From Octopus sinensis (taxonomy: Eukaryota), in contig NW_021836977.1 in assembly GCF_006345805.1 (NCBI RefSeq), forward strand, positions 1 through 21,997: 21,997 nucleotides of DNA, in the 5' to 3' direction. This document shows positions 21,066-21,997 of the stretch, piece after piece (the first letter of the stretch is position 1; the number at the start of each line of letters is the position of its first letter). A program made the position numbers and the translations under genes. The notes beneath the pieces were generated by a model. It had not been told where the DNA came from and searched no databases. It worked only from the letters and a program-made list of their open reading frames with translations.

Positions 21066-21164
21066 CTCGTGTGTGGATGTATATACAAAAGCACGCACAT
21101 ATGTACTACTGCTTTTCTTAGTTTTTTTATTTATGTAAAAGCGCCAAGTGTTGGCTACTTGGCA

Positions 21165-21415
21165 TTCTTCTTCTTCTTCGTCTTCTTTTCTTCTTCTTCT
21201 TCTTCTTCTTCTTCTTCTTCTTCTTCTTTTCTTCTTCTTCTTCTTCTTCTTCTTCTTTCTCTTCTTCTCTTCTTCTCTTCGCTTCTCTTCTCTTCTTCTT
21301 CTTCTTCTTCTTCTTCTTCTTCTTCTTCTTCCTTCTTCTCCTTCTTCTCCTTCTTCTCCTTCTCCTTCTTCTTCTCCGTTTCCTCCTCCTCCTCTTCTTC
21401 ATTTCCCCCCTCCTC
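21165..21415. repeat. (CTT)n/(CCT)n polypyrimidine array
   Basis: Direct reading. Confidence 0.95.
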
Positions 21416-21433
21416 CTTGTTTCCCCGAGCTTC

Positions 21434-21473
21434 CAATTCGTTCCCATAAGCAATTCGTTCCCATAAGCAATTC
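21434..21473. repeat. 17-bp perfect tandem duplication
   Basis: CAATTCGTTCCCATAAG x2 + CAATTC. Confidence 0.9.
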
Positions 21474-21968
21474 AGAGGTATCCATGTTAGGCGTTTAAAT
21501 TTTCACGCTTCGCATTGTATTTGAATTCTTTTTTGAAAAAAGTCGCTTTAAAGCACGAGCAATTCCTGCAAGGCTTTCAAGATAACCCTTCCTAATTTCT
21601 GAACGTCTTGAAAAATTTTTTAAACAAACCCCTGTTATAATTCTTTTCATTCTCAGTTATGTTTAATAGAAGCGAAAATAATACTTTTCTGTACGATATT
21701 TTTCCTAATTTTTATCTCTAAACCACTGTATGACGTTTTCTTTTCGCTAATCTTCAGAGTGCAAGAAAGTCAGAATGATAGAAGACTGTAATATTAAAGA
21801 GTCATAAGCTACAAATGGTCATAGCCAGTTACGTATACTATTTATATTACAATGTATTAAGCGACAACGATCAGAATACAACAAGGAGTCGTTTACAGTG
21901 CAATGTAGTAAGCTACAAACGGTTAGACTGAGCCGTGATAACCAGTCTCGCATTAAAATACCACGTCA

Positions 21969-21997
21969 GGCGCAGGAGTGGCTGTGTGGTAAGTAGC
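21969..21997 (+). mobile_element. SINE-A head running off the window
   Basis: ggcgcaggagtggctgtgtggtaagtagc is identical to 8124-8152. Confidence 0.9.

Overview
Eukaryotic, AT-rich, repeat-saturated genomic DNA with no intact protein-coding gene. The abundant tRNA-derived SINE families and microsatellite load look like an octopod cephalopod (Octopus sp.); this is inferred from recalled repeat families, not from a database search. Contents: a full-length but dead mariner (DD34D) element (215-1440); many copies of three tRNA-headed SINE families (called A, B and C here); three LINE remnants (two R4/Dong-like with RLE-clade features, one CR1/L2-group 3' end); a Tigger/pogo-like end; a Penelope-like remnant with a minimal hammerhead-like motif; two degenerate minisatellites; and many microsatellites. 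Most of the provided ORFs are translations of simple repeats. The most interesting unexplained structures are a 100-nt bulge-free hairpin (20479-20578), two local inverted duplications (9757-10198 and 18145-18611), and a diverged ~3-kb-period direct duplication carrying twin CRE sites plus what looks like a decayed signal-peptide exon/intron/exon start (15740-16205 vs 18705-19095). There is also a candidate plus-strand exon pair whose only stop is UGA-CGG overlapping a GNRA hairpin (7601-7938). Boundaries of degenerate elements are approximate.
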